From NCBI GenBank assembly GCA_001642005.1, contig LWCA01000219.1, positions 1-39,199 on the forward strand: a DNA stretch of 39,199 nt, in the 5' to 3' direction. Source of the DNA: Intoshia linei (lineage: Eukaryota > Animalia > Orthonectida). Position 1 is the stretch's first letter, and every line of letters begins with the position of its first letter. The translations under genes were made by a program, and so were the position numbers. The notes under the pieces are model-generated. The model was not told where the DNA came from, made no database searches, and was given only the letters and a program-made list of their open reading frames with translations. Below are positions 25,721 to 37,680 of the stretch, piece after piece.

Positions 25721-28222
25721 TTATCCCAGTCTATTTTTATTGTCTTGATAATTTAGTTCAGTAACATCGACTGGGTTAGAATCAAGCAAATCTTGGTACA
25801 TTTTCCGGTTATTTATCAAATATATTTGATTTCGTCCAATTTTTTTAATGTTACTCTAAAAATTTTCATTAATGACAAAAGTTTCATAATGTACAAAGTT
25901 TAACATTCAAAAATGTAACATATGGCTATTGCAGCTGCAAATATATAATACGTAAATATAACAAACAAATAAACTATTGTAAAAATCTAATTGAACGAAA
26001 TACGTTGTACATATAATGTAAATGTGAGCGTTTTATATCATTAAATATATTTTTTCTTTTCCTCTTGTACAATTATAATGAAAAGATTACATTCCAAAAA
26101 TGTCATAATAATCAAGTGTTTAAAATATCGATTTAATTTTGTATATAATTGTAAAATTGTAATTTAATTATCCAACTGTTTACATCAGTGTTTTTCAACA
26201 GGGGTCGCGAGAATTTGAAAATTTTTAATGTTCATAAAGGACCGCAACACAAAAAGGTTGACTAACTAATTTACATTTTATCAATATAAAATACCTCGAT
26301 TTTGGTTTTTCTTGGTTTAGGTCTAAGAAATAATTAATTCATGTAAATAAAAAATTATTAAGGAAATTACTTGTATCTATAATCTGGATGATCCTTCATG
26401 TGCTGTTCACTAAGCCGAATTTGTTCAGCATAAAATGGTTTTTTTTCAGAATCTGACATATTTTTCCAAATCTTTCCTAGGGTTACGATTAATAAATAAT
26501 TATACTTTCAATTAACATTTCATTACAATTAAAAAATACCTAAATATGTTGAAATTAAAGAATTGTGCAAGTTTGGGTTGTTTTTGAGCATGCGCTTTCT
26601 TTCGGTTTGTGACCAAACCATAAATGCATTCATTGGGCGTTTAACGTGTTTTTTTTGAAAGTCAGATTCCAAACTTTTTTTTTTCATTAGAAAATCCTTT
26701 TTTTGAAACACATCATCATTTTCTACAACAGAACAAGATTCTACAATGTTTAAAATTTAAATTAATTAGATATTTTTTTAGATTTAAAATGATTAAATCA
26801 AAGCGTCATAAATGGTTTCCATGGTTAATACCATCAATTTCCAAAAACCCTAACTACACAGAATATTGTACTAAATCAGGGCTAATTATTTTATATGCGC
26901 AATAAAATAATATTTTTTAAATGAATCATTATTATAGTAGCAAGCTTTTAGTATCCTATAAAAATAAAAATATGATAAATCTTGAGTAGCACATATAAAA
27001 ATTTTCAGAAATGTACTTTATTATTTTTTTTCATTTCAAAAAAATGAACTTTATCGCCACAATGATACAAGTGACAGAAATGGGTACCACTCATTCAGTT
27101 TAATCAGATTTCTAAATTTTTTTTTAATTGATGGTTTCTATCTATAATGGATGTAACTGACACTTGATTTGTTAATAATTTGATTATATATGAAAATATA
27201 AAAGAAAAAAGGTAAACTATGTATACTAATTACCAGTTTTAGAAAAAGATTTTGACAATTTATCCTAAAAAAGATTATAAATAAGAAAAAATAAAAAATT
27301 TTACCAAATCAAAGATATTGTCTGGAGATTTGTTTTTTAGTTGTACATTAAGGTTACAATTGATAAATTTATCTTCATTATCACTCTGAATTTTCATATA
27401 ACTTGGAAAAGCATTTTTGACTTGTGAAGGTTTAATATTCTGACCATTAACATATTTTTCGAAAAGTAATTTAGAAATATATTCCTGGGTGACTAGACCT
27501 TTACCAATATATTGACGAATCGTATCTATACAAAATCGTAAAACGCCAGTATTACAAAAAATATTGCTAATATATGCGGTATTTGGAATACCAAACTGAT
27601 TCACGGCAGAATTATTTTGATTAAACATGGAATAAAGTTGGTTGAGTCCATTTAATCGTTCAACGTTTTCTAGGTTGACTATGTTGTGATTAGCAACAGA
27701 ATCTGAATTTTCGGGTTGATTATTGGACAGTAAATTAAAAACGTCATGATAGATATCTGTATTATTCATCTGAATTTCTTTAACATGCATAGAATCTGCA
27801 ACATCTTGAAGATTCTTTATATGGTTTGGAGTTATTGCGTCTTTCTGGTTTGGTGAATTTGTAGGAGTCAGCAATTCAACTTTTTCATCGGGTGGTGTAA
27901 TATTTTGATCACTGGCATGTTTCTTTCGCCATATATTTGAAGTTATTTCTGAAACGCGTTTATTCCGCATATCAGTATTTTTAGAATCCAAGATATTTAA
28001 TTTATCCTGCTCTTCCTTCTTTTTACTTAGGTTTAAAGGGCCATGAATCATTGATTTTTTCAAATTTCCTCCAGGATCAAATGATATCAATATAGTATCA
28101 CTGTGTGTTTTATCATTGTTTAAATATATTACTTCATTATTTGCTTTATCATTAAAGTTTGTATTTAACTTTGTCGCACCTTTTTCGGTGTCTTCGCCAT
28201 CTGACATTCTAAATAGTGTCAT
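25721..28222 (-). CDS. SoxD: Sox HMG-box transcription factor, most like group D (Sox5/6/13, Sox102F), multi-exon
   Basis: Inferred exons 28222-27305, 27264-27234, 26740-26540, 26476-26371, 26322-26295 and 25855-25721. The HMG box reads [37 protein letters not shown]|[35 protein letters not shown]|PKPRKT. HNS, EQxRLSxQH, KPxPxKT, the C-terminal HMG position and an N-terminal PLNLSKK motif favour SoxD. Confidence 0.85.
26186..26268. mobile_element. 83-bp hAT (Charlie-like) MITE in a Sox intron
   Basis: Ends CAGTGTTTTTCAAC... / ...GGTTGACTAACTA with an 8-bp TSD GTTTACAT / ATTTACAT. Confidence 0.6.
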
Positions 28223-28359
28223 TATTGTTTTAAACCTTTCATCTAATATTCAAAGACTTTGTATCAATATTTATCTTATTTAAAGTCAAACAAACCTTTT
28301 AATATTTTATTTTGGTTAATCAATTGTAAATTCAAATTTACTTTTATCGAATGAAAGAA

Positions 28360-28650
28360 TATAAAACAATTACATACTATTCAATGCAAGATGTAATGAA
28401 TAAGATAAAAGGTTTATGGATGTAATTTTTATAAATAGGCAAGACAACAAAAGCAATATTACGAGGAAACAATACAATTGAAACAAGACAGATTATTAGC
28501 TTAAGCACACGCTATAAAACAATACTTGTGTAGACAATTGCATCATTGTCTGAATCAATAACAATACTAATCAATAATTCATTATTTCTTACATTTCATA
28601 TTTATTGGTTTAGAGGCGCACGCATTGTATTGTGCGCATTGTAGTGACAC
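28360..28650. promoter_or_regulatory. Putative SoxD upstream regulatory region rich in Sox consensus sites
   Basis: AACAAT at 28365, 28468, 28518 and 28560, plus further ACAAT/CATTGT cores, 140-430 bp upstream of the ATG. Confidence 0.3.
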
Positions 28651-29619
28651 ACTTTCCAACAAAACATCCCTGTAACAAACACGTACTTTGGTTAATAAGT
28701 TATAAGCACACATATTACTCTATTATAAAATTATATCAACGTCATAATCGAGAGCAATGTAGCAAATTAGGTTGAAACTATGTCAATTTATATTTATCAC
28801 ATGATTGCGTGTCTTCAATATATCACGGTAGCAATTTAATTAAGTTTTTTTATTGTCAATTGTATTTATTTACGTCTTATCTATAACTTTCTTTTGCTGT
28901 CATTTAGTGATTATTAACCTTAGTACTGCGACCTCTTTGTCAATAGTCTAATTTTTTATTTGTTATTTTTGTACTCTATTATTAATTTTTCGACAACTTA
29001 TTGATTGGAAACGACTATTTTGGATCATCTGCACTTTAATGGGTTAAAGTCAATTGTGGATGAGAAGAAAATAGCATAACCCCAATTCGGTGCAATTTTT
29101 ACTTGGTACCCGCGCTTTTTCGTTATCATGTATATTTCAAAGTATTTTGTTAAATTCATGTCAAATAAACCTCGTCTTTGGCACCATGTTTTAAATTAAT
29201 ATTTTTCTCCGTTTTATGGTGTATAAGTTTCAAGAATATGGATTTAGGATGTCAAGTTTTTGTAGATAAATAAAACAAAAATATACATCATTTTGTTTTT
29301 TTCAACGATCAGGTACTAATAACGTGATAACAATATTATTTTTCAATCACGTTCAGATTGTTTCTAAATATTGTTAAAATTGAAAAAATGCCAAAAATAG
29401 AGGGTTTCAAAGACATCTCAGACATAATTACAAACACCGAATATTTATAATATGCATTGATATGAATATATAATCTCTTTGAAAATATAAATTAAATGTT
29501 AGCAGTAATACTGCAGTATTTACTAAATACACGAAATATCAAATTAAGTTTGCTCAAACTGTTTTTATAATTACAAAGCTTTTCTGAAATATGTTAGAAT
29601 TACATATCAAACCACTGCC

Positions 29620-29820
29620 GAACCTACCGTACCGAAACCCTCTTTGGAACAATTTTTCTAAATAGAGTAATAAAAAATTTCTTGATTATGATAATCATTA
29701 TCACAACCATTTTGTATATTAAATTTAAAATTTCAAGTCAAGAGTCTTGGATAGTTGGCTAAGGCTATATGACATTACGCATCATGTGAAAAAAATTTGC
29801 GGCCTATTTTTCATTTTCTG
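29620..29820 (-). repeat. Dispersed repeat, inverted partner of 10262-10490
   Basis: The reverse complement aligns with 10262-10490. Confidence 0.65.
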
Positions 29821-29922
29821 GAGCTATTGCATATGGTAGATAAATTTTTAAGTTGTAAGAGACACTTGACTAAATTTGGTTTTTGTTATATTTTTTATTT
29901 TTATATTAACTTATATATTATA

Positions 29923-30310
29923 CTAGCTTGACTGTTATGTATTACGTACAAACAGCACCTAGCTATGCGGAGGGAACATTTTTATTATAGCAAAAAAATA
30001 AATTCACGTTGAAAATCTAACTTAAAAATCCTACTATTAACTATTATCATTTAAACGAGTTTTTCCCAAATTTGTTTCAGGTGGAACCATAATATTACAT
30101 TACTTTTTACTTTAAACTGAATTATTCCATCTTAATTTTGTATTTGTTAACATTTGCGTAAAGAATTTTATAAACAATTGTTATCCCATTTTTTTAATTT
30201 ATTAGACAGAATGTGTGTATAATTTTAAAAATTGTCATAAATAGCATAAATTTCAGAAAAAATAAAATTATAAAAACCTATTTTGTCATTTTCAATGTGA
30301 CGATATATAT
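29923..30310 (-). mobile_element. Non-autonomous Helitron, copy B
   Basis: A|CTAGCTTGACTGTTATGTATTACGTACAAACAG at 29923 and ...TTTCAATGTGACGATATATAT at 30310, the same two termini as copy A. Confidence 0.75.
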
Positions 30311-30454
30311 TCAGTACCAATTTAATAAATACTTAAAAATAACAATTGTGTATTAATAATTAACCGAATCTTTACTTTATAAATATATTTTAGTCGAATT
30401 TTACCATTATTGCAAAGGATTGTAATATAAAAATGATATTAACAAAGATATTAA

Positions 30455-30583
30455 TAGATTTTCACCCATGTCTTTATTGGAAATGTGTAGACGTACAATG
30501 CACATTTTTTTTGAAATTGTAGGTATTTACATTTTCAATTTTTGTGTTTAATCGAAATATTTGAAAAATATTCATTGATAATA
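30455..30583 (+). repeat. ~130-bp direct repeat, partner at 32970-33105
   Basis: TAGATTTTCACCCAT...GTAGACGTACAATGCACATTTTTTTTGAAATTGTAGG...AATCGAAATATTTGAAAAATATT is present at both sites. Confidence 0.8.
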
Positions 30584-32969
30584 TAATATTTTTTGAACTT
30601 TTTTAATTTTAATCCTAATAATTAAATGCTAAAAATTTCCAAAAAATGAGACACCCTAATGTAAATATTTATTATAATATATCAATTAATCGGTATTAGG
30701 AATCTTAACGGTAAGAACGTCTGCCTTATACGAGAGATACCCACCATTTAATAAAACTATTTTGGAGAGATATAATATAACTACAATGTAATTGTATTAA
30801 AAAATTATACAGTATTTTGTATTACAGACACGTTGCAGCAAAGCAAAACTTTATTTAGTATAATTAATATTTATTAAAATATTTAGTGAATATTTTTGAT
30901 TTTATCGCGATTCACGGTGTGGAATTTGGAAGATTACCATAGACGCAATAAGTGCAGATACACATTATACAGTATGAGTGATTTAAGAAAAACATAGTTT
31001 GGAGTTAAACTTTTAACCCACATAAATTAATCATAATACAAATCAATAAACCACCATTACAACAATCTGCGAAATACAAAAGAGTTATGATTTCTGGATA
31101 GTATTACATCTCAAATTGACGTCACAACAATAGTTTAAATTTAGCATGGATTAATAATTTGTCTTCATTGATAATTTGAATAAATTTAATCTTTGAAAAT
31201 AAATATGACATTTGATACAGTGTACAATATGGAATGTAATATTGATTCAGGGATTCAAAAGGTATTGATACTGAATCAGTATTTCTGATATATATTTATC
31301 AAAACTATTAAATCCAATTAATAATTAAATTCAGGTGTATAAAGATTCAATATACTACATGTACAATGTAAATTCCACTCATTCTCATTACACGATTGCC
31401 ACAAACATTATTACAAGAAAAATAAAATAATAAATGTACTCTAAAATTCTAAAACCGAAATAAACAAAATAAAAACCTTGTTGAAACTTTTAAGACAAAT
31501 GAATATTGTCAATTTTAAATAAATCTATACGCTAATAATTTTACAGATATACAACAATTTAAACTTAAATTACCTATACCAAAATGATAAATTGCAACTT
31601 GTTATTTTCTACAAACAATACTATATTGTTAATTCTACTTTTGACAATAAGCTACGCTGAACAAACACATTTATTTACATCGAATATAGGACAAGAGATA
31701 AGAAATTATGTGCAAATTTCATCAAATAAATTGCTCTGTAACATTGTATCCTATATTTCTCATAAATGTTTCTTTTTATCCAATTTAGTTGTTTGTAATA
31801 TTACTCATATAACTTACAATAATACTATTATCTTTCTGCTTTACAATATTTATTAGTAAACACAAATTAACATTTAGTATTACAAGTAACATTCCATTTA
31901 TCATGAAATTTTTGTTTTACGCTAAAATTTGAATTTGGTTAAATGGTTTCCAAAATCATTGGAGCTCGACGAAAATATATTATTTTTGCTTCAAATAAAA
32001 TAAAACAATAATACCCGTTGACAGTGACGCTTTCAAGGGTTTGAAATTAAAAATTAAATCTATTATGGTTCAAATAACTTTTGCGAACCCATTAAAGTAA
32101 GGGTACAAAAATGTATTACCGTAGATCATAACTTCATATATAATTCTACTAATTTTCCTAAATGTATATCAGAATGAATACATTATGATGATTAATCAGA
32201 GTTGCCAACTGCGTTATTTCCCCCCTGATAATTCGAGTTTTCAAATTCAACTTAAAGCTCAGGGTTAAGTGATATTTCACAGTGTAATTTAATTATTTCA
32301 ATAAAAATTATCAGATCAGACATATTTTATTTATATTATATAATTTTTTTCTCTATGGTGAAAGACTCTTAGTGTTAGCAGTTAATTTTATTCCATTACT
32401 TAGAGACACCCATATTTTGTTTTTTTCTCTTTAAAGTATTCATCATGAAGTCATTTTGAAATGTGCTATTTGCTATATGTTATGAAAAATTTAAAGTATT
32501 CATTTTGAAATTTGCAATAAAAATGGTGTGTAAACTGTTATTATTTTTTGAAAAAGAGACCCCAGTAAGTAACGAGTAAAAGAGAGCTTCCAAAAAAATT
32601 TTCGCATACGGCGAAATTGCATAACACGCTGCGCTTTACTATATGGCGCTTTGCTCTAAAAATCGGGTTGAGAACAACTTAATGTTGGTAAACCTTTGAT
32701 TAATTAAAAAAACAATTGTTATCTAACCTATTTCTGATATTATGATCTTATTGAGACTCATTGGGGCGTTTCATCTTCATACTTTTGACCTTTTTACTGG
32801 TGAATGTTACTTTTCTTTTTAGCATTTTCAAACAATGAGTTATTGTTTTATTTTATAAATTCGTTGCTGTAGTATTAACATTTAAAGATTATAAAAAATG
32901 TTTTAAAAATAAAAATTTAAAATTTAAAAATTGCGTAGCAATGAAAAAAATCCGAAAAAATGAATTATA

Positions 32970-33105
32970 TAGATTTTCACCCATATGTTTTCATTGGAAA
33001 TATGTAGACGTACAATGCACATTTTTTTTGAAATTGTAGGATCAATATTTACATTTTTAATTTTTGATTTTAATCGAAATATTTGAAAAATATTGGTTGA
33101 TAATA
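32970..33105 (+). repeat. ~130-bp direct repeat, partner at 30455-30583
   Basis: Near-identical to 30455-30583. Confidence 0.8.
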
Positions 33106-33124
33106 TATTAAAAATTATTTTTTA

Positions 33125-33650
33125 CCGGGAATGCGTAGATTTCTGGGGTTGAAATTTTGTATCTATATCAACTGGAATAAGCTCTATCGGAATAATCTTT
33201 TTTTTAAATTTTCGGACCGTTAATTATTTCATATTTTTTGTTTTAATAAAATATTTCGGAAAAAAATATATAAATACTAAAATGCTTTTTTGACCGTGAA
33301 GTCGTCACTTATTCGAATTGAAATTTTTTTATGTGTGTTAACATGATACAACTCTACCACCTGTAAATTGTTTGAAATTTTAGGGCTGTTTTCAAAAAAA
33401 AGGAAGGGAATTTGGGGTTTTGGCCCTGAAGATATAATTTTTTTAAATTCTCGAACTCGTTTGATTTTCAAAAAGAGGGACAACAGGGGTTTTTGACCCT
33501 TAAGATGTGAAATTTATCTTAATATACGTTCCGAAAAAAACTGTATTTGAAATGTGGTCTTTAAAAAATTCTAAGATGAGTAATTATTTAAATAAAGCTG
33601 AACACACACACACAAACAAAAATCGCGTCGCATTTTATATAAATTAGGAT
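33125..33650 (-). mobile_element. Possible second Helitron-like non-autonomous element (5' end with microsatellite)
   Basis: Minus strand from 33650 reads A|TCCTAATTTATATAAAATGCGACGCGATTTTTGTTTGTGTGTGTGTG, resembling the TC...TATAAATGCG plus microsatellite 5' ends of Lep1-like Helitrons. No CTAG/hairpin 3' end was found, so the extent is uncertain. Confidence 0.35.
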
Positions 33651-34509
33651 AAAACCAATATAATTTTAACGGAAAAAATCATTCTAATGGGCCGATTCCC
33701 ACAAGGCCCAAAATTTTTCATTTTACAATAAAAATAAAAATAAATGAAATAAATAAAATAATAAATACATATAATAATTTCATAATATAACATGTAAATC
33801 AGCATAAATAAAATAAATTGGCAATAGATCACATGTATTTTTAAATATGGATGAAATGATTTAAAAATAACCAAGACAATTCAACACAAGTTCTAAATAA
33901 ATTACGCCTAAGAATAGTGTTTAAATTTTATCAAAAAACCTACCTTTTAACTATGAACTTGCAACTTGTTACAATTTAATAGATACAACTTTAATTATAA
34001 ATGTGTGTTTAAATTTTTATATTTATACAACATTTGAAATTAAATTTATTTATGAACTCAAATTCTTCAAACATTGAATCTGTAAATTTTCTAGTATTTC
34101 ATTTATTATTTTATAGAAAAAACGCAAGTGCATGTATGAATATAATTGCTTAAATGCTAAAAAGATTACAAATGAAAATGAATTGTAAATTTTTTATAAA
34201 TCATCTTCCAATATAATTTTTACTTTTATAAAAGTGCATGTACAATGCGCTGCAGCGTAATCTGTTGATTTTAATTTTAATTCTGTTAAAAATTTTAAAA
34301 TTTTGATATTTTGGTTTCTGTTTATGTTACATTACGTTTAGTAATATCAAAATTTTTCTGCCAAGTGCTCTTGATGGTTTTATTTCTTTTGAAATTTTGA
34401 CGATTTCATTGTCACAGTTTGAATCACACTCTTATAGTTTATATATTTAATTTGCATAATTTTAATGATTATATAATTTGTAACTGATATCTTGATTTTT
34501 TAATTTAGT

Positions 34510-34942
34510 ATGGATCCTCTCGAAGAAACTAAATTATACATGACCAAATTCAGAGTAATTTTTTTAATGTATAAAAAAAATTATATTTTAAAAAGATATA
34601 TAAAAGATACACTTTTCATACCAACTTTTTTTTGTAAATTTAATCGAATCTACTTTTCGAGCTTTATTGTCTAAATTTGATAACAAAGTGTGCGAGTTCT
34701 AGAGTTTAATTTTTGTTTTATTTAGAAATGGAATATAACCCGTAGATGTGAAGTGCTGCACAACATTTTAGGTGAATTGAACCAATTCGAAATAAAATTC
34801 ATAATGAAAGCGATAAAACCAAATTTTCAAAGAGATTTCATAAAGCAATTACCTGTGAATGTAATTTTATTGATATAGGGTGGGTTTCATTTATTTTTAG
34901 GTAGCGATACAAATTATTCAAAGAATTCCATCTAAATATATG
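34510..34942 (+). CDS. F-box protein N-terminus with D (dimerization) domain, FBXW7/Cdc4/ago-like; partial (first three exons)
   Basis: Phase-0 GT-AG exons 34510-34554, 34726-34860 and 34901-34942 give MDPLEETKLYMTKFR|KWNITRRCEVLHNILGELNQFEIKFIMKAIKPNFQRDFIKQLPVN|VAIQIIQRIPSKYM. This parallels FBXW7 (FQSW...L..LDELI......QVKHMMQVIEPQFQRDFISLLPKELALYVLSFL). No WD40 exons were seen in the window. Confidence 0.75.
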
Positions 34943-35429
34943 GTATGAAATTGAATGTTTTTTAGTCTGTATGTTGTAGAGGACAAAGTTTACATCGTGC
35001 GCCATGTTATCGCAAGGGCGACTAAATAATTTAAATTTGGGTAATACAGCAAATTCTATGCTAAATAAATGTTTCTTAACTAGAAAATTTTCCTTCTGGG
35101 TTTATTACATTAGGTTAAATCGTATTACGAATTCAGTTGTTATTACTGGTTATTATTAATGGTACTTTACTTAGTACAATGTACTGTATCTTTCGCAACA
35201 TTTCTGCAAAATTTCGCCACATTTTATCATTTAATTAACTAAATAATTAAAAATTTAATTTTACATTCTAAAATTTTTGTCGCAAAACTATGTGAAATTA
35301 TAATTATTAAATTTTCTATTGTTTATTTTCAAGAATGTCCTTTATACTCATTATTCAGATATATTCAATATACCAAATATTAATTTAAATGAAGAAAATT
35401 AAACTATGCAAATGGATAATTAATATAGT

Positions 35430-36290
35430 ATTTATTGTTGTGATACAAAATTATGTATTTTTTTATATTTTCAGGTGCTAATGGTCTCTGTTTAGTTACC
35501 ATTTAATTTAACAGACTAAAACTTCTTTTTACGCTGACGGATGTAGAAGGAGCGTTGCTTAGAAAATGATATAATGGGGATTTGTTTGAATCTAAATTAT
35601 TCATAATGGCATATGTGTGGTTTTTCGTTAGACGTTTATTAATATAATCCTTTATGCTGCAGGCATCCGAATCAAAGGACAAATTACATAATACATTGTA
35701 GGCCTTTTCTATACTAAATGACGATTATTGAGCCATTTCTATTACATCTAACAGAAATAAATATTTACATATTTGAATTAAAGCATTATCTAATCCAAGT
35801 TGGTTAACAGTCGCTTTAGCTCGATTTATTATTAAATCATTAAATAAGCCCTTAATTTTAGGGTTGTTCAGTTTATAGAGTGGAATATCCGCAGATATAA
35901 ATGCCCCCAAAATTTAATTAGTAAAATCATGAGACATTTTTAAAAATTTAGGTAGAGGAGGAGTATCGTTTGACAATCTGTGTTTTGTGTTTCTGTGAAT
36001 TTTAATAAAATACATTTTTTCATAGGAAATAGTGCAATTGCAATTTATACAACTAAGTGAATTATCAGTTCACTTGAATTCATTAGGATACATTCATTAT
36101 GTTGTTCATTTTGAAATGAGGAGATTTAATAGGTTTTGGCATGCTAAATGAATGTTACATCATTTCGTGATGATCAAAATTTTTTCTGTAAAAAGTGAAG
36201 CATTTAGAATGAAATAGAAGTGTTTATTTTCAATTTCAAAAAAAATGACTTTATTAACTTTATAAAATTTTAATTAGCTAATTAATAAAC
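35430..36290 (-). mobile_element. Internally deleted hAT transposon relic (same broad family as 1-451)
   Basis: Minus strand from ATG 36142 reads MPKPIKS..YPNEFK*TDNSLSCINCNCTISYEKMYFIKIHRNTKH...GAFISADIPLYKLNNPKIK. It then jumps to the hAT C-terminal motif NAPSTSVSVKRSFSLL*MVTKQRPLAPENIKKYIILYHN (~35560-35436), with the catalytic E read as K. Stops and frameshifts are present. Confidence 0.8.
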
Positions 36291-36317
36291 GTTAAAATTT
36301 AAAATTAAAAATTAAAA

Positions 36318-36600
36318 AAATTAAAATAGAATAATTCACTTTAAAGTAAAAAGTAATGTGTTCCATCTGAAACAAATTTGGGAACCACTCCTTTAAAGGA
36401 TTGATAATAGTGAATAGTAGGATTTTTAAGTTAGATTTTCAACGTGAATTTATTTTTTAAGTATAATAAAAATGTGCTCTCGGCAGAGCTAGGTCCTGTT
36501 TGTACGTAGTAGAACATGAATTTATTTTTTTGGTAAAATAAAAGAGTGCCCTTCGCAGAGCTAGGCGCTGTTTGTACGTAGTACATAACAGTCAAGCTAG
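36318..36600 (+). mobile_element. Non-autonomous Helitron, copy C (5'-truncated, duplicated subterminal unit)
   Basis: Ends CTGTTTGTAC-GTA-GTACATAACAG-TCAAG-CTAG|T at 36600. The upstream part aligns to the reverse complement of copies A and B. A ~72-bp unit is duplicated (36446-36511 and 36517-36583). Confidence 0.75.
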
Positions 36601-37096
36601 TACAAATATAAAATTGTACTTGATACACTTTGGTGTTTCAAGTACGTTTTAACCTAATCTACAAGTAGTAAAACTTGATAAGTCCGGATTTTTAGTTTAA
36701 AAATAATTAACAAATAGTAAATAAATTACTTTATAATATTCTACATTGGTTTAAATTAATTTTACTATTTATATCAGACGTAGGTTAGAATGAGAAAAAT
36801 CTTGCATCATATCGTACATTTTATATCTAATTTTACGGGCCAAAAAATAATTAAAAAATTTTTTTTATAATGACAATAAATCAATTTAAAACAACGTTAT
36901 GGGTCATAGTTAAAGTGACACTGTACATTGACTTTATGAATTTGTTTTTATAAATATTAATACACTAAAATTATCCGTGCCCGAATTTTTTATTCAGTCA
37001 AACATGGGCCATATCCTATGTCATCTTATCATTTGTGTAAATAAAATCACTCTAGCTTAGTGAAGGCGAACCGGTTACCAGCAAGATAATTTACAT

Positions 37097-37507
37097 TAGG
37101 GGTGGGCACCTTTTTCGTGAAACGGGCCACACTGCACATTTCATTTTATCGGGCCGTACCAAGAAAAATTCTTCAATTTTACTTCGTTCCCTTTTTAATC
37201 AATATTACAAACCCTTATGCCTATTTTCACTAGTTTAAGAATATTTTAAGGTTTAATAGTCAATAAATTTACTCCTTAAATGTATTTGAATGCAGTAAAT
37301 TCTTATATTCGGTAGAATTTATAAAAAAATATTAAATCATTATTATTTATTATTAACATAATTCACTCATACTTACGAGTGATTTTGCTTTTTTCTGAGA
37401 GTTGAATAAGATCTGGTTTAATGATACTTGTTGTATTCATTAAATTTAAATTATTCCAAATTTTTAATTTCACTCGCGGGCTGCGGGCCACATTTTGCCC
37501 ATATATG
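37097..37507. mobile_element. 411-bp hAT (Charlie-like) MITE
   Basis: Ends TAGGGGTGGGCA / TGCCCATATATG, subterminal CGGGCC repeats, and a perfect 8-bp TSD ATTTACAT (37089-37096 and 37508-37515). Confidence 0.8.
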
Positions 37508-37680
37508 ATTTACATCTTCATAACGTAATATATATGTTCAAACACAGTTGTTAAAAAAATCTAATGTAAATTATGTAGATTCATCTGCTTTTCTAAATTT
37601 TTGTAAATATAAGGTTCAACTAAGGTTTAACTATTATACTAACACCCACATAACCTAAAAAAAATGTTAAACAAAAATAA

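Noticed and set aside
28914-29047. TTAA-bounded piggyBac-like MITE
   Set aside because: TIR match is too weak to distinguish from chance in AT-rich DNA.
31584-33874. ORFs 31584-31856, 33277-33483 and 33644-33874
   Set aside because: Low-complexity I/L/F/Y/N-rich translations typical of AT-rich non-coding or repeat DNA.
35474-35610. Candidate next exon of the F-box gene (TTTCAG acceptor; KERCLENDI)
   Set aside because: Stops occur in all plus frames; the region is better explained as the hAT C-terminal motif on the minus strand.
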